64,000 nucleotides of DNA. It comes from Candidatus Nezhaarchaeota archaeon. GTDB taxonomy: Archaea; Thermoproteota; Methanomethylicia; Nezhaarchaeales; WYZ-LMO8. Below the pieces are notes generated by a model. It did no database searches. It was not told the DNA's origin and saw only the letters and a program-made list of their open reading frames with translations. The stretch covers positions 64,966-128,965 of the forward strand of contig JANXDO010000002.1 of NCBI GenBank assembly GCA_025059375.1, given 5' to 3'. This document shows positions 28,217 to 37,756 of the stretch, piece by piece (the stretch's first letter is position 1; each line of letters starts with the position of its first letter). The position numbers were made by a program, and so were the translations under genes.

Positions 28217-28942
28217 TTACTTGCGTTTAAGACTGACTATGCGGCATAGGAAAATACACGAGGAGTCACCTTTAGCTTCACACTTGACCTCCTCCACCTT
28301 TACCTCTCTGTCTAAATAAAAGCTTAAAACTCCAGTTAGGTAGCCCCTCGTAAATATACAGTTCACTCTGTCTTGTGAGTTCTTCTTGTACCTTACCTCA
28401 AAGTTATCCTTAGCCTCAATTTCTAGAATGTTATTTGAATCATCGAGCCTCTTGACCTCAAACCTCCCCCATCCCACAGATAGTAGTGTGGCTAAGTGAA
28501 TCTTTATCTTAGTGATCGCATTTAAGTCTCCAAGCTTTTCACTAAGCCATTTAGCTGTGCTTTTACCACCCTCTCTGGCTAAGTACCATAAGAAAGCTTC
28601 ACCGGCAGATCCAAATTGTTTAATAATTCCATCTACCATGCCCACTAGGGTCTTAAGCCTCAGGATCACAACATCCTCAGTGTGAGAAGTCGTTACTGGA
28701 AAGCCAAAAGTCTCATACACATATCCGGGCTTATCTGGGCTGAAGAAAGCGACATCCAGCACTTCGGGCATAGACTTGAGCTTAGCGATAACATCCTCAA
28801 CAGTAGTAGTCGCATTGGTGAAGTCAACTATTATAAAGGCGTTGCCTTCATCCCCCAAGCTATATGCAATTATGTTCCTGATTAGTATGTTATGTTCGCC
28901 TAAAACTGACGTTATTTTCCCCAAGATTGATGGTCTCGCCAA
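28217..28942 (-). CDS. ACT-like + V4R-domain protein (paralog B)
   Basis: It carries GEAFLWYLAREGG and the C-terminal CEAKGDSSCIF. Confidence 0.55.
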   Translation of the reverse strand: MARPSILGKITSVLGEHNILIRNIIAYSLGDEGNAFIIVDFTNATTTVEDVIAKLKSMPEVLDVAFFSPDKPGYVYETFGFPVTTSHTEDVVILRLKTLVGMVDGIIKQFGSAGEAFLWYLAREGGKSTAKWLSEKLGDLNAITKIKIHLATLLSVGWGRFEVKRLDDSNNILEIEAKDNFEVRYKKNSQDRVNCIFTRGYLTGVLSFYLDREVKVEEVKCEAKGDSSCIFLCRIVSLKRK

Positions 28943-29250
28943 GCTTTTAACCCAAAATTCACCAAGGGCCCTCTCCTTAGATACGACGATAATGGGAAGA
29001 TCCTTTGGCGCCTTGCCCTCTAGTAATCCTAACCACCGGATGCTTCACTTCACTTAACTTAAACTAAAAACTCTTTCCCCGAATTGTTCCTCCTCGTAAA
29101 ATGCCCTATGAGTACGAAGTTAGCAAGTACTGTCCCTTATAGTGCCTAACCTATAGAGTAAGCCCGGTTAAAGCTAGCCCCTAAACGTAATGGTAATTAA
29201 TCTTACCTGCACCTTTTCGACTCGTGCAAGTCCGTTTATAGAAGCTGACA

Positions 29251-29274
29251 GCCCGCCATTAGCATGTGGCGGGC
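29251..29274. repeat. perfect 8-bp-stem hairpin GCCCGCCA-ttagcatg-TGGCGGGC in a ~400-nt divergent intergenic region
   Basis: The inverted repeat is read directly from the sequence. It is not positioned as a terminator for either flanking gene. Confidence 0.5.
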
Positions 29275-29338
29275 CATTCTAGTCAAAATAATGCTCTCTT
29301 CCTAATAGTGTCAGAGCACGTAGACCCTAAATTTTTCA

Positions 29339-30802
29339 GTGATATCGAATAACTTTAAGGCTTTTAGCTTATCGTTATGTGATGTGAGGGGATTGTTGTT
29401 GGTTATAAGGTTTGGGACCGATGGTTGGAGAGGGATCATGGATAGGGAGTTCACGATTGATGGCGTCAAGCTCGTGGCTCAAGCGATAGCTGATTACATT
29501 AGGAGTCGTGGTTTCGCAAAGAGCGGGGTGGTCATTGGGTATGATGTTAGGAGAAACTCTGAAGGTTATGCCAAGGCCTGCATTGAGGTTTTAGCTGGGA
29601 ACAACATCACTACATATAGAATGATTCTCGATACGCCGACTCCCGTAGTCGCCTTCGCAGTTACTAGGCTTAAAGCTGGTGGAGCAATAATGATAACTGC
29701 ATCCCATAACCCTCCTGAATACAATGGCATAAAGTTTATACCCCATTATGGGGGACCAGCGATGCCAGAGGTAACACAAGAAATTGAAAGGTTAGTGTCG
29801 AGTGCCAACGTTAGGGAAATGAGCATTAGAGAGGCGGAGAGGAGAGGGCTCATAGTCGATGTAGACTTTAGAGAAGAATACTTGGAGCGGATTCTCTCGC
29901 TCATAGATATCGATGTCATTAGGAGGTCTAAGCTCAAGGTGCTGGTCAACCCACTACATGGGTCTGCTATAGGCTACGTGGATGAGGCTCTAAGAAGGGC
30001 TGGCTGTGAGGTGAGGTGCATACGTGATAATAGGGATCCAACCTTTGGCGGCTTGATGCCAGACCCCACAATGTCAGAGGTCTTGAGCGACATGGCCCCT
30101 CTAATGCGAGACTTTGAGGTTGGGCTTTCAGTTGATGGCGATGGGGATAGAGTAGCTGCCTACTCGCATAGTTTCATATCACCTAATATGCTGTTCCCCA
30201 TACTTCTTAAGCTCATGCTAGATAAAGGGATTAGAGGAGGAGTTGTTAGGACTGTTGCCACGACGCACATGATTGACTACATAGCGATAAAGAATGGCTT
30301 AAGAATATACGAGGTACCAGTAGGCTTCAAGAACATAGCGCCCCTCTTATTAATGGGTGAAGCAGTCATTGGTGGAGAGGAGAGCGGAGGTTTTGGGTAT
30401 AAGTGGCATGTGCCTGAGAAAGATGGTATTATAACGTGTCTCTACATAGTTGAAGCATTAGCTAGTAGTGGTAAAAGGCGCTTGGAGGACTTAATCCAGT
30501 ACATAGGTAAAGAGTATAAGCTGCTTTATAGCCTTAGAGGTCACGTAAGTATTCAGAACCATGACATGTTTAAGGCTTCCTTGAGAGGCTTCGAACCTGA
30601 TAGCGTGTGCGGATATCCTGTTAAGAGCATAACTAGAATTGATGGGGTGAAGCTCTTAACTGATAGGGGTTGGCTCCTCATAAGACCATCAGGAACGGAG
30701 CCTATTGTGAGGGTTTATGCTGAAGCTGAGGATCTGAGCACAGCAAAGGGCTTGTTAGAGTGGGGCTTAAGGAAGGCTGAGGAATTATCTAAGCCCCGTT
30801 GA
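29339..30802 (+). CDS. phosphoglucomutase/phosphomannomutase
   Basis: It carries the active-site loop ITASHNPPEYNGIKF and FGTDGWRG. The true start is probably the TTG near 29393. Confidence 0.8.
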   Translation: MISNNFKAFSLSLCDVRGLLLVIRFGTDGWRGIMDREFTIDGVKLVAQAIADYIRSRGFAKSGVVIGYDVRRNSEGYAKACIEVLAGNNITTYRMILDTPTPVVAFAVTRLKAGGAIMITASHNPPEYNGIKFIPHYGGPAMPEVTQEIERLVSSANVREMSIREAERRGLIVDVDFREEYLERILSLIDIDVIRRSKLKVLVNPLHGSAIGYVDEALRRAGCEVRCIRDNRDPTFGGLMPDPTMSEVLSDMAPLMRDFEVGLSVDGDGDRVAAYSHSFISPNMLFPILLKLMLDKGIRGGVVRTVATTHMIDYIAIKNGLRIYEVPVGFKNIAPLLLMGEAVIGGEESGGFGYKWHVPEKDGIITCLYIVEALASSGKRRLEDLIQYIGKEYKLLYSLRGHVSIQNHDMFKASLRGFEPDSVCGYPVKSITRIDGVKLLTDRGWLLIRPSGTEPIVRVYAEAEDLSTAKGLLEWGLRKAEELSKPR

Positions 30803-30850
30803 CGAAGATGGAGACCCCAGAGCTAGTCACACCACCACGTTGAGTAACAG

Positions 30851-31246
30851 TCAGCCTTGATCTCTGAGGTACTTCGCTATCTTCTCTTTTAACTCCATGG
30901 TCCTACCGTCAGACACAATAGATATCTTAGTTTCGAGTCGAGGTCTATAGCCTAGTCTCGTGAATAACCCCATGAGCCAAGGTCCGGTTATCTTCTTAAT
31001 GAGCCCCGCCTCAACCAGCTTTATAAGCTCCTTAACAACAGTATCGGCCACTCTTGGATACTGAGCCCTAGCCGCCTCTAGAACCTCGTCAGCTCTTTCC
31101 TCCAGGAAAGGCTTTATTGCTTCATAAGGATCCTTTGACTTGGCTGATTCCTCACGCTTCTCTTCACTCTTCTTGATCGTCATCGCTAAGAATTTCTTCT
31201 GGAGCTCCAGCTTCTTCATTCTAAGCCATAAATCCTCCTCGCTCAT
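30851..31246 (-). CDS. small helical DNA-binding-like protein, possibly PDCD5/MTH1615-like
   Basis: It has a charged helical N-terminus and a C-terminal …GPWLMGLFTRLG…. The similarity was judged from memory only. Confidence 0.3.
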   Translation of the reverse strand: MSEEDLWLRMKKLELQKKFLAMTIKKSEEKREESAKSKDPYEAIKPFLEERADEVLEAARAQYPRVADTVVKELIKLVEAGLIKKITGPWLMGLFTRLGYRPRLETKISIVSDGRTMELKEKIAKYLRDQG

Positions 31247-31270
31247 TTGATACCACCATGCTTCTTGAGC

Positions 31271-31765
31271 TTAAAGTTCTATGAACTCTACTTTAAGCGT
31301 TGCTATATCAAGTAGAGCTATCGATTTAATGCCATACAGGTATCCACACGCCTCACCTGGATTTACGATGAGAGCCTTACCCATTTTATCACACCTCCTC
31401 ATGTGGGTGTGACCGTGAACAACTACGTCGTAATTGCCGCTCAACGCTAGAGCATCAACTATTTGAGAATGTAAGCCGTGGATTAATGCTATTTTAACCC
31501 CCTCAACCTTCACCTCTTCAAAGTCGCCTTCAACTTTAAACCCTATACTTGAAAACCTTTCTCTCAATAAGAGCCTATCTCCATCAACGTTACCAAAGAC
31601 TCCTACAAGTGGACACTTCAAGCCCTTATAAGCGTTGTAAGTGAATGGAGCAACATAGTCACCAGCGTGAAGAACCAGTCCCACTTTTCTATCATTAAAT
31701 ATCTTAACTGCCTCACTTATTGCCTGAATGTTATCATGGGTGTCGGATAGCAGTCCTATTATCAT
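31271..31765 (-). CDS. MJ0936/YfcE-family metallophosphoesterase
   Basis: MIIGLLSDTHDN…HAGDY…GNVDG…HGHTHM…NPGE matches MJ0936 almost motif for motif. Confidence 0.85.
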   Translation of the reverse strand: MIIGLLSDTHDNIQAISEAVKIFNDRKVGLVLHAGDYVAPFTYNAYKGLKCPLVGVFGNVDGDRLLLRERFSSIGFKVEGDFEEVKVEGVKIALIHGLHSQIVDALALSGNYDVVVHGHTHMRRCDKMGKALIVNPGEACGYLYGIKSIALLDIATLKVEFIEL

Positions 31766-32155
31766 CCCCTAACCACATTCAAATTCTCCTTTATTAGATT
31801 TTTTTAACTTACTCCACTTTATCGTTGTCATGATGGCCGTAGACAGAAAATTAACATCGCTGATGTTATTAGCAGAGGACGCTTAGAACATAAAGTTACC
31901 TGGCCACTTTTCCATGCGCCCGCATGCTTTAAATATGCCACCCCTGCAAGTTAGCTATCAAGTACACTTTGAGTTTCATACGAGTTAATTGCCTAACACT
32001 CAGGCTTCTGGAGGACTAGACCTTGAGGTGCGTTAAGCTTGAGATCAAGGTCAAGAGGTGCGGGGAGAATTTAGGGAGGATCATGTTCCTCTTTGATACA
32101 GAGGCTAAGGCAGAAGAGCTTATGAAGATCATTAAAGAGAGAGTCGAATGGAGGA

Positions 32156-33196
32156 GTGAAGAGTCTCTTGAGCGAACCGGAGATTAGGCATGATGTAACC
32201 ATTGATTGCTTGACGATAATAGCCCCCCATAGAGCAATGAGACCTAAAAAGATGGCTGAAACTAGTTGTCCATTTTGTCCTGGCAATGAGGACAAAACCC
32301 CTCCAGCCTCGCTTATCTACTCTCGAATAGGTAGCGAGATAGTTAAGCTAGCAGATAGCGAGCATGAGAGGGTGAGGAGCTGGCTTGTTAGATGTTTTCC
32401 AAACATGTTTCCAGCTCTTAGAGAAGACGTACCTTTTGAGGAGAAGTGTAGCGAGGCTTTATTCTTCGCTATGAAGGCTTACAGGGGCTTCGGCTATCAT
32501 GAAATCATAGTTGAGTCTCCAGATCATAGAGCACATCCACCTAATAGCACATTAAGACAGATGGAGTTGGTTATGGAAGCTTACTTTGAAGTCGTAACGA
32601 GGCTTTCATACGAAAGGAATGTGAGGTATGTATGCTTGTTTAGAAATTACAAGTCAGAGGCTGGAGCATCAATTAGCCACCCTCATAGTCAAGTGATAGC
32701 CCTCCCCTTAGTACCGCCCACCATAAAGAGAAAGATTAGTGCATCCCGTAGGTACAATAGAGAAAGAGGTGGATGCATGTATTGCGACTTAATAGAGCTA
32801 GAAGCAGGGTCTCCAAGGCTAATATATGCTGATGATTATTACGTTGCACTAGCACCATGGGCAAGCGCTTACCCCTACGAGTTCTGGATCATACCTAGGA
32901 GACATGAGCCATCCTTCATAAACACGTATCCGAAGGAGAGACGAAATTTAGCTAAAGTTCTTAAGGCCACGCTTACAGCTTTAAAGAGGATTCTTAACGA
33001 TCCACCATACAACCTCAGCTTCAATGTGGCACCACCGAGATGGAGGGGTGAAAGCTATCATTGGCATGTAGAGGTTCATCCAAGGCTCACAACGCTTGGC
33101 GGGTTTGAGCTAGCTACCGGGGCTTACATAAACATTGTTCAGCCAGAAAAAGCTGCTGAAGAATTTAGATTAGAGCTTGAGAAAATCGGGTACTAA
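32156..33196 (+). CDS. galT: galactose-1-phosphate uridylyltransferase (HIT family)
   Basis: It carries the Zn site CPFCPGNE and the HxHxQ active site SISHPHSQV. Confidence 0.75.
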   Translation: MKSLLSEPEIRHDVTIDCLTIIAPHRAMRPKKMAETSCPFCPGNEDKTPPASLIYSRIGSEIVKLADSEHERVRSWLVRCFPNMFPALREDVPFEEKCSEALFFAMKAYRGFGYHEIIVESPDHRAHPPNSTLRQMELVMEAYFEVVTRLSYERNVRYVCLFRNYKSEAGASISHPHSQVIALPLVPPTIKRKISASRRYNRERGGCMYCDLIELEAGSPRLIYADDYYVALAPWASAYPYEFWIIPRRHEPSFINTYPKERRNLAKVLKATLTALKRILNDPPYNLSFNVAPPRWRGESYHWHVEVHPRLTTLGGFELATGAYINIVQPEKAAEEFRLELEKIGY

Positions 33197-33274
33197 AGTT
33201 ACCATTCGATGATTGGTTCTCAAAACGGTAAAATCAACACGAGTGTTGCCTATTAATGCCAAGCCGACTCGGCA

Positions 33275-35044
33275 CTATGCCCTATAGATGTCCTTGAGGT
33301 CTGCTGCATCAATGTACATGCTTATCATTCTCATAATCCGTTCCTCCGTAAGCCTGCCTTGAGGTGTCGGGGTTTCGAAGAACCTCTTAGCTATCCTGAC
33401 ATTGTAGGGATTAAAGCCCTCTCTAGCTTTAAATGATGCCTTTGCTCTCTGAATCTCAGCACCTAGCTGCATTAATTCTTCAAGGCTCCTCCTTATCCCA
33501 AGGGTTTCAAGAGCCCTAGAGACCCTGTCAAGCTTGTATATCCCTCTGGCAAAGAGACATATGACCAAGCTTGTTAACACATTTCTAACTCTCTCTTCCT
33601 CAACGAGTTGCTTTATCATTTCCTCATCGCTCATCGGCTTCACAAGGGCTTTCTGGTCAATGCTATAGCCGGCACTATCGAGGTGCGAATTCCTAGGACC
33701 AGTGATGAAGCCAACGAGGGCTGCTGGCCCTGTATGGTAGCCAGGTATCTCATTACCCCCACACGTAAGCGCAAAGTCTAAGCCTCCATACTTTGAGGCT
33801 GCAGCCTCCACGCCATCAGCCAAAGCGCTATAGAACTCGTTCGCTCTCCTAGCTATCCTCTCAGCCATCCTTATGTAGACTTCAACATCCTCACCCCAAT
33901 TTGGCCTTAACCTCATAGTCTCCCTCTCCGTTATTAACCCCCTTTGATAAGCCTCAGTTGCCCACGCCATCACTACGCCAGTGCTTATAGCGTCAAGACC
34001 TAGACCTTCAATCTTCTCTATCAACCTCAATACGTCTCCAGCTGAGCCTATCCCAAGCATTGAGCCTAGAGCGTATATCGGTTCATAATCGTAGGGTATT
34101 ATGAGGGTCTCGTACTCATGACCTGGTGCAAACGCTATTCTAAGTGAAGCTAAGTGTATACAACCTATTGGGCAGTGAGTGCAGGCTATCTTCTTTGCTA
34201 GGTACTTCTCAGCTAATGTCTCACCAGATATGTTCTCTGCTAACTCAAACCTCGCTTGCATTAAGTTTCTCGTTGGCAAGGCACCTAGCATGTTTAATGG
34301 CAACACGTTCTCAGAAGTTCCGAGGACGTGATACTTGCTCATTACGCCCGTCTCAGTGACCTCTTTGTATATCTCCTCGTAGACCTTAGTGTATGCCTTC
34401 ACGTCATCGATCTTAACGGATCTAGTCCCCACTATGACTATAGCTTTGAGCTTCTTGCTCCCAAAGACAGCTCCAAGACCCAACCTTCCAAAGTGCCTAT
34501 AGCTCTCTACAACGACATTTGCATACCTTACTAGGTTCTCCCCCGCCATTCCTATCCTCATTATTGTTCTCTTACCGGCTCCAGGTTCCACTTCCCTCAA
34601 AACTCTACCAACAGCATAGCTTGACCTCATCCCCCATAGAGTCGTTGCATCCTTTATCTTGACCTTGTCGTTGACTATGGATATGTAGACTGGATTTCGT
34701 GATGCACCCCTAATTACTATGGCTCCATAGCCAGCGAACCTTATGGCTGCGGCCGACCTACCGCCTGCGTGGCTTTCACCGAAATTTCTAGTCAAGGGGG
34801 ACTTAAACATAGCTACGGTCTTTGATGCTAATGGAAAGAGCCCGGTTAGAGGTCCAACCGTGAAGATTATCGGGTTCTCTGGTGATAGGGGGTCAACACC
34901 CTTGGGGCACTCCTCCTCAAGGAGCTTTACTGCAACACCAGCTCCTCCCAAGTACTTCTCGAATAGGTCTCTCCTCTCTTGAACTTCATGTTTACCTTCG
35001 GTCAAGTCTATGTATAGAACGTTGTAGATGCTTGGGTCAGTCAT
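33275..35044 (-). CDS. aor: tungsten-containing aldehyde:ferredoxin oxidoreductase (AOR family)
   Basis: The N-terminus MTDPSIYNVLYIDLTEGKHEV…GGAGVAVKLL is AOR-like, and the length and family motifs fit. I chose the ATG at 35044, which overlaps the ferredoxin stop as ATGA. Confidence 0.85.
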   Translation of the reverse strand: MTDPSIYNVLYIDLTEGKHEVQERRDLFEKYLGGAGVAVKLLEEECPKGVDPLSPENPIIFTVGPLTGLFPLASKTVAMFKSPLTRNFGESHAGGRSAAAIRFAGYGAIVIRGASRNPVYISIVNDKVKIKDATTLWGMRSSYAVGRVLREVEPGAGKRTIMRIGMAGENLVRYANVVVESYRHFGRLGLGAVFGSKKLKAIVIVGTRSVKIDDVKAYTKVYEEIYKEVTETGVMSKYHVLGTSENVLPLNMLGALPTRNLMQARFELAENISGETLAEKYLAKKIACTHCPIGCIHLASLRIAFAPGHEYETLIIPYDYEPIYALGSMLGIGSAGDVLRLIEKIEGLGLDAISTGVVMAWATEAYQRGLITERETMRLRPNWGEDVEVYIRMAERIARRANEFYSALADGVEAAASKYGGLDFALTCGGNEIPGYHTGPAALVGFITGPRNSHLDSAGYSIDQKALVKPMSDEEMIKQLVEEERVRNVLTSLVICLFARGIYKLDRVSRALETLGIRRSLEELMQLGAEIQRAKASFKAREGFNPYNVRIAKRFFETPTPQGRLTEERIMRMISMYIDAADLKDIYRA

Positions 35045-35472
35045 ACTAAGATCTCCCTCCCTATAGATTCGAGGGCTATCACGTTGTGGGGACAGAACTT
35101 TGTACAAAAACCACAGTACCTGCATACTATTGGTTTATCTCTCTCGTCATCCCACACAATGGCCCTTACTATGCACGCTTCGTAGCAGCTCTTACAGGAC
35201 GTACACTTATCTTCATTTAATATGACCCCTCCACCAGGTCTAGGCTTTAAAGCACTTGTAGGGCAACTCTTAGCGCATGGAGGATCTATGCACGCTCTAC
35301 AAACAATAACTATGAAGCCTCTCTCAATGCCGCCAGCCGACCTAACTTGAATTGCACTTCTAGCCATACCAACCTCATTAAATCTAAGCCTTGAACAAGC
35401 GAACATGCAGCTGTAGCACCCAATGCACCTCTCAATACCTACTACGGAAACACGATGAGGCATAGCCCTCAC
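35041..35472 (-). CDS. AOR-associated poly-[4Fe-4S] ferredoxin
   Basis: It carries CIGCYSCMFAC, CRACIDPPCAKSCP, CTSCKSCYEAC and CRYCGFCTKFCP. Confidence 0.7.
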   Translation of the reverse strand: MRAMPHRVSVVGIERCIGCYSCMFACSRLRFNEVGMARSAIQVRSAGGIERGFIVIVCRACIDPPCAKSCPTSALKPRPGGGVILNEDKCTSCKSCYEACIVRAIVWDDERDKPIVCRYCGFCTKFCPHNVIALESIGREILV

Positions 35473-35492
35473 GTTGATAGTTACTTGAGACT

Positions 35493-35504
35493 TTATAAAA
35501 ATAG
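35493..35504 (-). promoter_or_regulatory. TATA/BRE-like promoter element (TTTATAAAAATA) for the ferredoxin-AOR operon
   Basis: The AT-rich box is centred ~26 nt upstream of the ferredoxin ATG at 35472. That spacing is consistent with a leaderless archaeal transcript. Confidence 0.45.
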
Positions 35505-35886
35505 TTTAACCGTTAAGCTTTAGGCTAAAGGTGTCGAGCTGCTGCTTCGCATCGAGGATGTGGATGAGCGGAGCCTACAACACTTTAGTAGCTAAGCAAC
35601 GCCTAACTTCGATCCTTAGAGGTAAAAGCATGGTAGCCGTGAAACTCCATGAAGTACTTCTAGCATTAGGTTTAAGATCATCGGCTACCTCCAGGCTTAG
35701 CCATAATTAGTCGCGAATGTGACTACCGTAACAGCCTTAACTCGATGATCCCTAGCGCGAGGGCATGACAGTATATGGGCCCCAACAGGGGGGACATCTA
35801 GACTAAGTTCGGTTTCTTCCTCCTTGCCTACTAAACCCTAATACTTAATAGTGGATTCCAATAAGGTTTCTTGGACTCCCTCAAGG

Positions 35887-37242
35887 TTACAGGAACCTAG
35901 TAAGTTTTTCCTGTCTTGTCGCTTCCCTAAGCATCCTACTGACCTGTAGCCAAAGTTTGCGATTTATGGTTAGCTTGCTAAAGGCACTTTCTAGAGCATC
36001 CTTCAGATTGTCATGTCTCTCACAACCTCCTCCAAGAGCTCTTCTAACGCTCTCTCTCACTATCCATACGCCTACTGGCATTATGTATCCTGGATGAGCC
36101 TCCCTAAGAACTAGAACTGAGGCTTGCTTGCCTATCTTAGCTAAATGCTCTGTCACAGCTAGCCTAGCTGCATAGTAGCATCCACCCATGCTCGCGTACG
36201 TTGTCCTACCCCAATACCCCTCCCAATCCCCACAAAAGGCTACAAAGTCCCCACTAGGATTCCAGGTTGTTCCTGGAAACCATGCTTCTATCGACTCGTA
36301 ACTCCACTTACCTGGGAACATTATTATCACGAACTTGTTGCCCATGACCTCAAGGCCATAAACCCTGTACTCTTCCAATTCGGGTGTGCTCTTGACAACC
36401 TCATCCCTTAATGTCCTAGATATGGTACTGTCGATAGCTGTTATGCTCCATCTAGTTGGGACGAGCCTTCTCTGACCCTTAACTCCAAGTAAGCCCATGC
36501 TAAAAACTCGCTGTATTTGAGAGACAGGGGTTCCCCTTTCATACAGCTCAAGTATTGCATCTCTAGCCTTCAAATCAACATCGCTAACAGCATTCTCCAC
36601 ATGCTTATCAACGCTTAATTCCTCTATCGATAGTTCCTTCATTGGAGCCGAAGGGCCCATTGGCTGGACCTCGTCATCAAGTATGAGGCTTGCACTAGGC
36701 TTCTTTAAGAGCTTCATCTCAGCATTTACAGGTCTAGCCCCCATAGCGATGAGCTGAGCTTGTTCAAGTAGTTTAGGAGGTTCATTAGCGTCACGCACGT
36801 GGAACCTGGCTTTGCCACGAAGGAGCTTCATTCTGAAGTCAACGATATCCTGTATGGAGGCTTGAAGCCAGAGCTCAGGTGTATCGAATATTCTTGTGTC
36901 ACCTCTAAATGGTGGTAAAAGGGGGCCAGCATAGACGTATGGATAGCCGTAACGCCCCACAAAGACTGCTGGAGGAGACGAACCCGCTATGTCAAGTGAA
37001 CTCACAATCGACTTGACTTTAACTAGGCTGTAAGCTCTCACAAGTATAGGACATTGGGGTTTGCCACACAGCATTTTAGAGCCCTTGCAGTATACACATA
37101 AGCTTCCTGATGGCGCCTTAACTATCACGTCTATTGGGTTTAAGTCGCAAGCGTCATCGAAGCCCTCAATAACATGCTCAATCCAAGGGGCCTTAGCCTT
37201 GACTACCTTCACGAACTTCTTAAACTTCTTAACCATGCTCAA
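35887..37242 (-). CDS. archaea-specific Nre-like (putative DNA-repair) protein with an N-terminal C4 zinc finger
   Basis: It carries CVYCKGSKMLCGKPQC. The 451-aa size and overall look resemble the Nre_N/Nre_C family. Confidence 0.35.
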   Translation of the reverse strand: MSMVKKFKKFVKVVKAKAPWIEHVIEGFDDACDLNPIDVIVKAPSGSLCVYCKGSKMLCGKPQCPILVRAYSLVKVKSIVSSLDIAGSSPPAVFVGRYGYPYVYAGPLLPPFRGDTRIFDTPELWLQASIQDIVDFRMKLLRGKARFHVRDANEPPKLLEQAQLIAMGARPVNAEMKLLKKPSASLILDDEVQPMGPSAPMKELSIEELSVDKHVENAVSDVDLKARDAILELYERGTPVSQIQRVFSMGLLGVKGQRRLVPTRWSITAIDSTISRTLRDEVVKSTPELEEYRVYGLEVMGNKFVIIMFPGKWSYESIEAWFPGTTWNPSGDFVAFCGDWEGYWGRTTYASMGGCYYAARLAVTEHLAKIGKQASVLVLREAHPGYIMPVGVWIVRESVRRALGGGCERHDNLKDALESAFSKLTINRKLWLQVSRMLREATRQEKLTRFL

Positions 37243-37374
37243 GAGGATATTTACACTGAAACATTAAAAAGCTTGTCGATCTCGCAATACCACTTGAAAC
37301 TAGCCTTCATCACATTAATCCAAACGCACGTAAATAATCTCGAAACACTACGCTGCTCTTGAGCTCCTAACTTC

Positions 37375-37749
37375 TTAGGTGCGCTTAAGCCCCTCTCTTT
37401 CCTCAAATTTAATCCATAGCTTGTAGGACCACTCATACACGTCCTTTATGTTATAACCACTTTCAACGGCTTGCTCAACAAACCTACTAAATGGAGTTCT
37501 GTCCTTCATGCCCCACCACTTCTTAAAGGCTTGGTAGAACTCGTCCGGTATCCCTCCACCTACTCTCATAGCTTGTTGAGGAGCTGTTACTTTCTTGCTC
37601 ACGATAACCTTGCGCTTTTCAATTAAATCTTCAATCAGCGATGCCGCATAGATGTCCACTGTTAATCCTTTAGCTAATGCCTCCTCCTTCAGCTTCTTGT
37701 AAGTGTCCTCTGATAGCTCAATGGTTATGGTTGGCATAGCTCTCGTCAA
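37375..37749 (-). CDS. small protein with an RHH-like N-terminus
   Basis: ITIELSEDTYKKLKEEALAKGLTVDIYAASLIEDLI is RHH-like. It lies immediately downstream of the radical SAM/SPASM gene with an 8-nt gap. Confidence 0.35.
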   Translation of the reverse strand: MTRAMPTITIELSEDTYKKLKEEALAKGLTVDIYAASLIEDLIEKRKVIVSKKVTAPQQAMRVGGGIPDEFYQAFKKWWGMKDRTPFSRFVEQAVESGYNIKDVYEWSYKLWIKFEEREGLKRT

Positions 37750-37756
37750 TCATTGC

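Noticed and set aside
32071-32295. 74-aa minus-strand ORF overlapping the galT start region
   Set aside because: It overlaps the GalT N-terminus, which carries the conserved CPFCPGNE Zn site on the plus strand, and it has no motif of its own.
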